The notes under the pieces: model-generated
Told to the model about the DNA's origin: nothing
What the model saw: the letters and a program-made list of their open reading frames with translations, nothing else
Database searches by the model: none
Assembly (NCBI GenBank): GCA_964304625.1
Contig: OZ199838.1
Location: 12,269,570 to 12,281,642 of the forward strand
Length of the DNA stretch: 12,073 nucleotides
Origin: Kudoa neothunni
Taxonomy: Eukaryota > Animalia > Cnidaria
Reading direction: 5' to 3'
Position numbers and translations under genes: made by a program
Shown here: piece by piece, positions 1 through 9,483 of the stretch
How the letters are laid out: each line of letters begins with the position of its first letter
Numbering within the stretch: the stretch's first letter is position 1

Positions 1-892
1 ATGTAACCACATCCTCTTTTTTGTTCTGGGAGGAGTACTGACCGATCTCGTTTGCAATGGTTCTTAATTGTTGAGTCTATTTGCGAGAAAATTTTCAGTT
101 GTTTCATTATGGGTATTTTATTAATATTTACTCCTGGATAACTGCCGTTTGTTGCCAAATCGATGAGTTTTATCTAAATTTTAAAGTTATTATCTTTATA
201 TCAATCTTATCAATACCGATAAAACTGTGATAAGTGCATCGATCAATGGTTTACCTGATATCTATAAAGAATAAATAAGCATTTTCTAATATATTATTCG
301 GATGAAATATTTAATCAATTTTAAAGTCTCTGTATAATAGGCAGTATTACACGTAAAATACTCTACTCGGCCTTTTTCTGTTGTATATTTTTATTAAGTT
401 AAATAAAAGCTACCTCTGATATATTTTCCAAAAAGTATTGAAACCATTTCTTTGTTTCAAAAATGTTTTTCAGCAGTTTATGCAAAATATTTATGGTTTG
501 ATGAACTAATAGAGAGGTCGATAATTACATGCCATAGTCAACCAAAATACTCATTGTGTGTATTTCGTCGATCTGAAACTCATCTTCTGAATAATTATCA
601 TTAGATTTTTCGTTGTCTGATTGTTTTGAGGCCTTATTATAGAAATTGACCTCCATTACGGTCAAATATTCCAACCTTTCTATACACTATAATGAACAAA
701 CGAATAAACTCACTTGAATCTTTTAGACCGCGTAGTTACCTTCCCCGTGATTTTCAACACAAAGTTCGGTGTTTCCCTTAAACTCACTCGAATATCTCGA
801 CTAGTGAGAGGTTGGTCAACAACTTCACTTTTAGAGTCGATATCGTCATCGACAATCAATTCCAATCTTTGGTTAATAGTTTTTCTGTCCAT
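1..892 (-). CDS. HID1: HID1-like protein (HID1/Ecm30/dymeclin family), 5' part; the gene runs off the window start
   Basis: Manual splice model, all GT-AG and in phase: exons 892-740, 686-551, 505-414, 261-217, 173-<1, with a possible extra 55-nt intron at 131-77. Translation: MDRKTINQRL...PLTSRDIRVSLRETPNFVLKITGK|CIERLEYL...M|IHQTINILHKLLKNIFETKKWFQYFLENISE|ISGKPLIDALITVLS|IKLIDL. This resembles, in order, the recalled HID1 motifs 'EIRAVREESPSNLATLCYKAVEKL', 'LLTRVLPYIFEDPDWRGFF' and 'RPLAESLL'. The family call is by eye, not by search. Confidence 0.62.
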
Positions 893-1760
893 TATATTGT
901 TAATTTCAATATATAACTTATTAGTTCGTCAGTTTAAGTCACTCTCGTCACAACTGCACACGTTCTAAATTCCTTAGTCTCTATTTCACACCTTCAAAAA
1001 GTTTACATTCTAATTTTTTCGTGGCTTTAGCGTTTGAATAATATCTGATTGAGATCACCTTAACTAATCATTTAATGCAATTTCGTTGTCCCAGTCAACA
1101 TTACGATTACCAATGATCAATGAGTAATTCGAAATTATTCTTACACTTATTAGTCGTAATGCCTAATTCCTTTGTCAATTAGTCTATAGAAGCTGCAAAG
1201 TGTTCTTTTAATTATTAGATCATTTTCAGAGTAGATAAAATTATTTTTGTTTTTCGATAATGTGACTCACTACATTGACCAATCGATAATAATAAACATG
1301 TATATCTTCAATATTAGCTCTTGTTTTCAGTTTGAACTTAAATAGACAATAAAGTGATTTTTTAAAAATTTTATTTATAACGATTTTTAAACGTTTAATT
1401 TATTTAATATATTAAATGATAACTATTTGCATTTTTCGAAAATATAAAATAATTAACATTCCGAATTAAAACAGTGTGACGATAGATAACAGGAGCCTAA
1501 GCTGTATTTTGTTATATTAAATTTGGATCACACTAGCTCGGAAATAATTTAATTATTTTGCAGAAAATCATAAACAATTATATCATTTCAAAAAATAATT
1601 AAGCTGATAAAAGCATTTTATATAAAATAATTATCTAAATTAAAACAAATAAGGATCTGACAATTTTTAGATAATAGATTTATACTATATTACAATACAC
1701 ACGGAGTTAAATTATAACGGGATTTTATAATTTTTGAAAGCTAATACAGCCATACCTCTT

Positions 1761-1975
1761 TTAACCCCTGATGAGTTTGGGATCAATTTTTACCCCAATA
1801 AGAAGTTATTGGGTGTATATGTGATTTGTTTGTTCTTCATTGGATACGAGTTTTTCTCTAATCTTCCAAAAAGGTAAGTAATATACGATTTTAAATTATA
1901 AAACTAAAAATATAAATTCAGAATAATTATAACAAGTTTACACTCCAATGAATTTTTGGGGTAAAAAATTACCCC
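1761..1975. mobile_element. Possible DNA-transposon terminus fragment (TTAA-CCC end plus GGGGTAA..TACCCC motifs)
   Basis: TTAACCCC at 1761; GGGATCAATTTTTACCCC at 1779-1796; hairpin CCCAATAA-gaag-TTATTGGG at 1794-1813; GGGGTAAAAAATTACCCC at 1958-1975, which resembles 7211-7226. No partner end was found. Confidence 0.3.
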
Positions 1976-2247
1976 GGATTTTTTTCATACCAATTGATAG
2001 ATAAAATAATTCTTATTTTCAAAATCCTGAAAAATTCTATTTATAATTGTAATGTTTTATTTTTAGTCTACAAATACAACCTAAGAATTACAATTCCCAG
2101 TAAATAAGTTACTACAAAATTTATTGAGCGATAATTCTTAAACATTAAATCCAAACAAATTTTCTTGAAAAAATATTTATAGATTAGATATTTTTTAGTT
2201 TCCTATAAGAAAATATAAATAGTTAAAATTTTGGTTAAAATTTTCTT

Positions 2248-2360
2248 GTACCAAGGTACCGGCTGCCTGCCCAGAGTAATCACCCACGGCACATGCCTGA
2301 AACACACACACTGAAAGACATAAGAACTTTATATATATATATATATATATAATAGATAGA
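2248..2360 (-). mobile_element. Possible tiny non-autonomous Helitron-like fragment
   Basis: The minus strand reads A|TCTATCTATTATATATA...AAAG...GTGTGTGTGT...CTGGGCAGGCAGCCGGTACCTTGGTAC. It has a TC start, TA and GT microsatellites, and a GC-rich 3' end. The canonical CTRR terminus is not present. Confidence 0.3.
2330..2351. repeat. (TA)n microsatellite
   Basis: About 11 consecutive TA units. Shorter examples are (TA)n at ~6630-6644 and (GA)n at ~6838-6850. Confidence 0.9.
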
Positions 2361-3190
2361 TGATATACCAAAGGTTGTTATGGAGATCACTGAGAAACTA
2401 CCCCTAATTAAAACTTCAATTATTCTTACCATCCTTATTCGTACAACTCATAATATTTAATTAAGGAATAAATAATTAATTTAGTAATAATAATAATAAA
2501 TTTCTGTAATCTAGAAATATTCATTCTAATATAGCGCAATAACACTAATATCATATATCTATATAGTGAGCGCACCGACTACGTTGTATCTGGATTTTAC
2601 AAGTGCTGTATCTAGAAATGTTTTAATTTTTTATTCGAAATTATAATTCATGTATAGTAAATTTTTTAATTATAAAATAAACGTAAAATCGTGAATAATA
2701 AAATAGGTAACCAACCTCCAAATTTTCTTTTGTACATACGCATAAATAGAACTTTGTTTAACCAAAATTTCAATATCCGAAAAGAAAATGTTAAGTCCCA
2801 ACATTTTTGGATAATGGGGGGGGGGTCGACTATATTATTATTTTTTCAGATAATCAATTAAATACGACATATCTAAATATTTCACACATAAATAATGTCA
2901 TTATAAGTGTAATAAAAATATGAAGAGAATAAACCATAATTAGATTTATTAAAATTATTTTAATAGATATAGAATATTTTTAAAAAATTACAGGGAACAT
3001 TTTAATGATGGCAAAAAATAATCATCAAAAGGAAACGACTTGATAAGAATTAATCTAATATTTAACGAATACAGCGAATATAAAATATCTTAGCATGTGA
3101 ATACAATATTTTCGGATTACGTTAGTATATAAAGATATGTATTTACCAATATTTATTATCCCTATTTTTTGGTGTATAAGTTTTGAGTAG

Positions 3191-6172
3191 ATGAGTTTTT
3201 CAAAATTACAAAGTATTTCTGACTGAATAATACTCACAATAAAGACACCATTTTCATTAAGGCTGTATAAAAAGATCTGAAAGTGAAAAATCCAAATGGC
3301 GTGAAACAAAATTGCAAAAACTCAACTATAATATAAGCAAGGCGTTACATAAATCAAAAATTCTTCCTCCTGGGGCATTTTGTGGAAATTATATTGTTAC
3401 CGACGAACCAAAAAATCCTTTCAACAACAAAATCATAGTTTCCTACAAGAAAAATGAAATGCGAAGTGGCAATATTTTAACACAACTTCACATAAATATT
3501 CAACGAAATAATTCTAGTCAGAGAAAGAATAAAAATGGCCAAATTTTATTGCTTCCAACGGCTTATCTCCCATCCATTTATTTCTTCGTTTGTTTGTGGT
3601 ATCCAAGTTGATAAATTTAGATATATATTAAAACAAAACTTGTAAATAATAGCCTCCCAGACATCATATGAATTATATTTAATATCGGAAGCGGAAAATT
3701 TTGTGAGATTTGATTATGTTCTCGGTCACATAAGAAAAGAATTAAATGTTGAGGAGATTAAGTTTTATTTTGGTGAATTGGCCTTGGCTATTCAACACAT
3801 CCATAATGTGGGTGTAGTTATTGGGAACCTGTCTATCAACAAGTTATCCAAATTGGATCTGTTTGTCAATATTTCTTTAGTATGTATATAGATAGCAGAG
3901 GACATTTAAAACTTTTTGGTAATTAAACTCCAAAATCTCTATGAACTATCAAAAATACACAATATATAGATTTAAATACTGCGAACGAAGTCGGCAGGAT
4001 TGGTATTTATGATTTGAAAGATAAATTTATTTCTCCAGAAGTAATTATGTGCTCGTTAAAATAAATGTAGCATTACATAGGTACGCGATGGTCGACTTTT
4101 TAATTGCTCGACTGACTGGTGGTCCTTTGGAGCAATCATGGTATAATTGTATTTGTGTAAAATCTATAATTTGATTAGTACTTTACAATTACCGGAAAAT
4201 ATTGTACACAGGTCGAATATCCATATGATCTAGTTGGGTTGAGTATAAGGTATTCAGATTTTCCTTTAACCAAAATATACATCCCTAATTAGTGGTCAAT
4301 TGATTTCAACAATGCCAAAAGGTTCTCCGGAAAAAATTTTTGAATCACTTCTGAAAAAAAATCCATCAAAGAGACTATGTAACACAGAAGGCATCAATGA
4401 GATAATATCTCACCCCTTTTTCCAAAACCTTAATTTTCAGGCAATTAACATTTATATTAGTGTTTAATTAAGAGTGAATTTAAGACGTTGTCTGCCAAAA
4501 TTAATCATCCACCTAGAGAGCATTTTGATGAAGAATATCCAATTTTAAAAAATGAAATCTATAGAGGCAATAATATTTATATGTTTGGTTATAATGGTTT
4601 ATTTTTAAAAAATAGATAGCATAATTGAAGGAATGGCACAAGATATTCCAGTCCACTTTAATGACTTTTATTATGTGTCCCCCTCATTAAAGACAGACCC
4701 TTTATTTCTAAAAATGCCAGAAAATCCTCCCTCACCTAGAGTAATCTTTTTCATAGGTGATGAATTTATTATTTTTCTTTAGAATCTTTTGAATTTTGTA
4801 AATCTTACCATAAAAGGTTCTGCTGAAAATTACTATGAAATTATTCAAGTAGGTTAAATGAAAATTTTCACATATTTTATACATGTTTCGTAATTATTCC
4901 TTAAATTAATATCAACGTGATCATATAACTAAAATGAATATTTAATTTTTTCTAAAATGTTTAAATTTCGTAAATAATTAACCGATAATATGTTTATTGA
5001 CCGTTGTTTAATGAAGAAAGTATGCGAAGGAGAATTTTCAAAATTGTATCTGGTTCGGTCAACACATAAAAATTACCCAACGTATTTGATGAAAAAGATT
5101 GACAAAGATAAGTACAACACTATCGAAGAAGTGAGGGTAAAAATGTTACTTTGTGATTAATATAAAATAAATGTATTAGCTGTTATTGAATAATCAAGAC
5201 TGTAAAAATATTATTGGAGTCGTTGAGGTAACACATAAGAAATTATTTTATTATTATAATACCGAATTCTACATCAGATTTTCGAAGAAAATGATAGTTT
5301 TTCCATAATTACTGAATATTTTCCTGTGGATTTATTCTGTTTTATCAAACAATATAACGTTGACAACATGAATATATTGCATATGGCTAGAGAGTTGTTT
5401 TCCGGTCTACATTTCCTTCACAAGAATGGCATCACTCATAGAAATCTTAAGCCCACATCTGTCTTTGTTAAAGAAAAATATGGTACAACTAATGTGATTA
5501 TTGGCGGATTCGGTCATGCTAAACAGGTTTTCTCCGCTGATAATATTACGACTAACGTTAATAATCTAAATAAATACTTTGTGACTGATGTAACCACGAA
5601 ATTACTCAATATATTGAACAAAACCTATTTACTTTTTTTAAAACTAGGACGATGGCTTGATTAACAATGATCAATCATATGACTTCTGGTGTGTTGGGTC
5701 GTTGATATACTTTATGCATACATTGTAATAATAAGTGTGGTGACGACCAATAATTTACGTTAATAAAAATTATTAGTAATCTGCCAATAACAGTATGTGA
5801 AAGGGACACAAATGAAGGTATCGTTCAAAAGATAAAAGAATACTCCACCATTGATTTCCCCTATTCTAGCAATATTCCCATCAGAACCAGGGTATTTTAA
5901 TTAGAATAATTTTTGTAAAATTCTAATAACCAATAGTTATTAATTCGGGAATTATGCAGTTTTGATCGCACAGGAAAAAAAATTAGTTTTAAACAAGTAT
6001 ATTTTAAAAATATAACTTATATATTTATTGTTTAAAATAATGGATGGCTGAAAATATGAATAAGAAACTTCCAAATATAAACCAAATAAGGTGCACCCAA
6101 TCATCTATTAAAGAGCAAAATGTTCAAAAACTGTACAATGCTTGGAGAAACTACAAACCTGAAACCAGTTGA
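3191..6172 (+). CDS. p90 ribosomal S6 kinase (RSK/RPS6KA)-like protein with two degenerate (pseudo)kinase domains, about 665 aa
   Basis: Exons: 3191-3212, 3262-3465, 3518-3598, 3653-3842, 3881-3918, 3970-4040, 4081-4140, 4179-4249, 4293-4440, 4485-4566, 4616-4740, 4783-4848, 5017-5136, 5180-5227, 5278-5589, 5648-5724, 5777-5891, 5937-5996, 6065-6172 (last exon uncertain). Phases are consistent. N-terminal AGC-like domain: HPFI, SQTSYELYLI, IKFYFGELALAIQHIH, GHLKL, DWWSFG, KNPSKRL, HPFF. Linker: FNDFYYVSPS. C-terminal CAMK-like domain: KKIDKDKYNTIEEVRLLL (cf. RSK KIIDKSKRDPTEEIEILL), HRNLKP, GFGHAKQ, DTNEGIVQKI (cf. DTPEEILARI). Confidence 0.85.
4441..4484 (+). other. GC-AG intron (44 nt, phase 0)
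   Basis: CAG|GCAATT...TTTAAG|ACG joins HPFFQNLNFQ to TLSAKINHPP, colinear with the RSK segment FFSTIDWN-KLYRREIHPP. Read-through hits TAA. Confidence 0.7.
4567..4615 (+). other. GC-AG intron (49 nt, phase 1)
   Basis: GAG|GCAATA...AAATAG|AT gives ...EIYR-D-S, at the position of the RSK turn-motif 'DS'. Read-through hits TAG. The in-phase GT alternatives would give atypically short 28- or 19-nt introns. Confidence 0.6.
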
Positions 6173-6869
6173 ACTTCGACAGTTCAAAACATTCATAATT
6201 ATTACTTAAATTTATCTATACACATAATTATCCGATTAAAGTTGTTATAATATATTAACTACTGTTATATGTGATTATATGAAACGTTTATTGGTGATTA
6301 ATGTAAATTGCACATGCTTGATAATTCATTAAGTATAATTTTTATATTTATAAGCCAATTTAGTGTTCTTTCTAATTTCACCAGTATCCTTAATTGTAAA
6401 AACTAGTCTTAAATCGTTTTTAAATATGGTAATGGCTGTTCTTATTTATCCGTATATTCTCATCTTCGGTATTGATTATTTTTTTGAAGAATGTCTCATA
6501 AAATACCTGCGGTAATATAAAATATATTTAAACAATATATAGGTTAACTTCTATTCCTAACCATCATAATTTAGCAACCTTATATTTTTCATTAAAAATC
6601 ACGTATGGGTTTTGATGCGTTTAATCCTGTTATATATATATATATTAATTCCACTCTTTCGTGCATTTACTTTCGATTATAATAGTTATCTAAGCTTTTA
6701 TTTTTTATTATCATTAAAGGCCGTAATTTTCGATTCAAATCGATAAACGTCGAAAAAAGGCGAATCTTTTAAAATATTTACCCAATTTTCGGCTACAATC
6801 AAGACAATTTGTCGATAATTTTTCGTTTTATTATGGGGAGAGAGAGAGAGCATACGAATTGAAAATTAT

Positions 6870-7178
6870 ATGGCCGAATATACAGGTTTAAATGAGGAAA
6901 TTGATCTAAAAAATATACCAAAATTTGTTAACGTCGATCAACGAGGAATTCCACAGCAAGAGTTGCTGAAACTTTCACTCCATAGAAATGATAAAATGAT
7001 AGGTCCTGGATTTTAGAAAATGAACAAATCGAAGTATTTCATATTGTCTAGGGTAGGCCAAGATTTGGTGCATACGTCGCTATCATCTACGGCCCTGGGA
7101 AGAAGTTTCTCAAAATTAAAGCATTTTCTCAAATGTTATACAGTGAACCTAGCTTTTGAACGAATGAGAATGCTTTAA
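6870..7178 (+). pseudogene. hAT transposase C-terminal dimerisation domain remnant
   Basis: One frame reads ...GF*KMNKSKYFILSRVGQDLVHTSLSSTALGRSFSKLKHFL...NLAFERMRML*. This matches the hAT dimerisation pattern W-K-x-N-x-x-x-Y-P-x-L-S...S-S-x-x-x-E-R-x-F-S. The conserved Trp is replaced by an in-frame TAG at 7014-7016. Confidence 0.75.
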
Positions 7179-7194
7179 ATATTATCTTTTAAGG

Positions 7195-9483
7195 TAGTTT
7201 TTCCCAACTCGGGGTAATATAACCCCCATATGAGTCATGAAAATTTTTTTGACTAATTTGGACGGCGGAGGAAAACGCGGAACCATGCTGTGTAGGATGA
7301 TACCCTCGGCATAAAAAATGTTATTTTAACTTTTCGACTCGATTTATATTGGTTTATTATTAATGTTATATTGAATTAAGTTACATATTGTTACTTTATG
7401 AGTAGCATAGCACACTTTAAGATGGAAAGCGGTAAAAACTGAACTCATCATGCGACCTGAAATGATCAGCACGTGTTCCGATCAGACAATACTCAACTTT
7501 TCGTTCGTTTTTTTTGTTGCTCGCGAAGAATTCATTAACTTGAAAATCTGATACAGATGCGAGTTAATTTTTTTATCCATTAAATTTTAGACAAGTAACT
7601 ATTCATATGTTTCTTGAACTCGCTTAATTTCATGACACGGCAGTTTGACTTCATAGTTTTTTCAATTTTTATATAAATTTAATACCTAAATAAGATTATT
7701 CACAACATATTTAAGTGAAACGAGTATGTTTAAAAAGTCCACTTTATATTTAAATTGGTTATTAAAACTTGAAGTTATTTTCGAATACTACAATTAACTC
7801 GCCAATTTAACAACCCAAATCTAGAAATTGAAAGCATTATTCGCCCGGAATTCTCATACAGAAAGAATTTATTTAATAATATTATTAATTCATATAAAAC
7901 AAAAGATTTTTATTACACAAAATAATGTGTTTGTCGACATTTCATGAAAATATAATCTACACATCCTAACTATATTTTTTTACTATCCTTATATGCCACT
8001 CATATTATTTATAATGGACTAAATAAATTTAATTAATAAAACATTCAATCAAAGACATTTTGTAATGACATCAAAATCTAATAAAGTAATAAAATATATA
8101 TTATTTTTAATTAAAAAAAGTGTACAATGAATAATTTTAAGTAACTTGGAATTGCACATAAATTTTTATCCGTATGTTTTTAAAATATTTTTGACTTTGC
8201 GTAACGTATTTAATTAGGAAAATTAAATCGTCATGGCAGCCGATGAAAATTATGCATTTATCTTTTGTCATAACCACCAAAATTAATAATAAAATGATAA
8301 ACCAAAATAATTTAACGTAGTAATAATTGTATAATTTAAAAATTTTAATAAAGAACAAATTTTTAACTGCTGCTATATATAAACCTGGTCTGGATATTAT
8401 ATTTGATTTTATTCCTGAATTAAATGATTAATCTCTTATATTTAGATTGAATATTTTAAAAGATATAATTTTTATATTAAAGTTGTTAAAAATAAATAAA
8501 AATATTTTGTTTTTAAATATTTATTTTTATATTCAAGAAAAAATTAATAAATAATATAATTAGTGTTATATTGAAATAGGTCTCCATCATACAATGCTAC
8601 ACCAAACTGGTATGTTGTTTATTAATGTGATTACTCATACCTTCATCAAATAAATACTAGTATTAAATTAATAATTTATACTTGTTTATATTGATTTTTT
8701 TAAATATTAGGTTGGATATCACAACAAAAATCTTTAAAACACTGATTTTTCTATTTAATCTACGTACAATAATATATTGAATCTTTTATTATTAATTTTT
8801 TTAAATCAAAAGAAAAAAAATTCTTTAGCTGAATAAATTTTGTTTTAAATGCCAGAAATATTAAAAAGTATTGATATTAGGTAATGGCGAGTTGTATTCG
8901 AATGAATTGGTATATGTTTAAATTTATTGAATTTACAAGAAAACATGCTACAGCTGTTTTCATACTTTTGTGGATAGAAAGAAATTTATATAAAAAAATT
9001 ATGTCTGTTGCATTGAATGTTGAAGCGAAAAATTATTGAATACTAGTAGTTTGTAACTTTATAGATGATATTATTGGGAAAAAACCAAAAATAATCATTA
9101 AAAATGAAATATTATATTTGAATCATTAATTAAATATAATGAACCAATGGAGACAATTAAAAAGCAAGCATGATAAGTCGACACAAGACAAACATGACGG
9201 TTTAATAATAGTAGTTTAAAAAATAGTAATCAAGCTTGAAAGGTCCAAGTAAAATTAATGATAAATAAAATTTTTAAATTAATAAATAAAAAATTATTAT
9301 TATAAAGTATACGGTTTTAATCATTATAAGATTTTCATTATATAAATACCCGATGTAAATATTATTAAAAAATTTAAATTGTTAACGTTAAGCTCGATTA
9401 AACATATACGATATTAACGTGGGTCACAGGGTATTTTTTTGAAAAAAAATATGGTCAAGGCTAAAAAAGGTTGGGAAACACTG
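7195..9483. mobile_element. Nested hAT element of Buster/Charlie type
   Basis: The right end AAAAAAGGTTGGGAAACACTG ends at 9483 (reverse complement CAGTGTTTCCCAAC...). The left end TAGTTTTTCCCAAC at 7195-7208 matches at 12/14 and is followed by GGGGTAATATAACCCC. The flanks TTTTAAGG (7187-7194) and TTCTAAGG (9484-9491) match at 7/8 with the nnnTAnnn Buster-type core. Faint transposase-like peptides (SDNTQLFVRF, REEFI) occur at about 7480-7535. Confidence 0.72.
8230..9200 (+). pseudogene. Highly decayed piggyBac-like transposase remnant
   Basis: Colinear motif remnants in mixed frames: KIMHLSFV (~8245; cf. LHF), NKFLTAAIYKPGLDIIFD (8354-8407; cf. YxPxxxLSIDE), SYNATPNWYVVY*CDYSYL (8587-8643; cf. 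YxPxKPxKWG..CD..Y), LLWIER (~8965; cf. WxD), IKYNEPMETI (~9128-9157; cf. YNxxMGGVD). No TTAA-CCC/GGG-TTAA ends could be recognised. Confidence 0.45.

Noticed and set aside
714-968. 84-aa plus-strand ORF
   Set aside because: Antisense shadow of HID1 exon 1, with a non-ATG start and no recognisable motifs.
2560-2835. GCGCACCGACTA and G10-TCGACTAT words reminiscent of pogo/Tc1 MITE subtermini
   Set aside because: No TIR pair or TA TSD could be identified.
3055-3309. 84-aa minus-strand ORF
   Set aside because: Low-complexity I/F/K/Y composition typical of AT-rich chance ORFs, and it is antisense to RSK exons 1-2.
3466-3517. Possible third GC-AG intron (GTG|GCAATA at 3469)
   Set aside because: An in-phase GT donor at 3466 gives KKNEMR-I-RER, which aligns without a gap to RSK KKATLK-V-RDR, so a GC donor is not required.
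7259-7312. Short GC-rich patch considered as tRNA/SINE/ncRNA
   Set aside because: No cloverleaf or A/B boxes, and it lies in the Buster element's subterminal region.
8137-8358. 73-aa hydrophobic minus-strand ORF (possible membrane peptide)
   Set aside because: AT-driven composition inside a transposon, with a non-ATG start. The opposite strand carries the transposase-like remnants.
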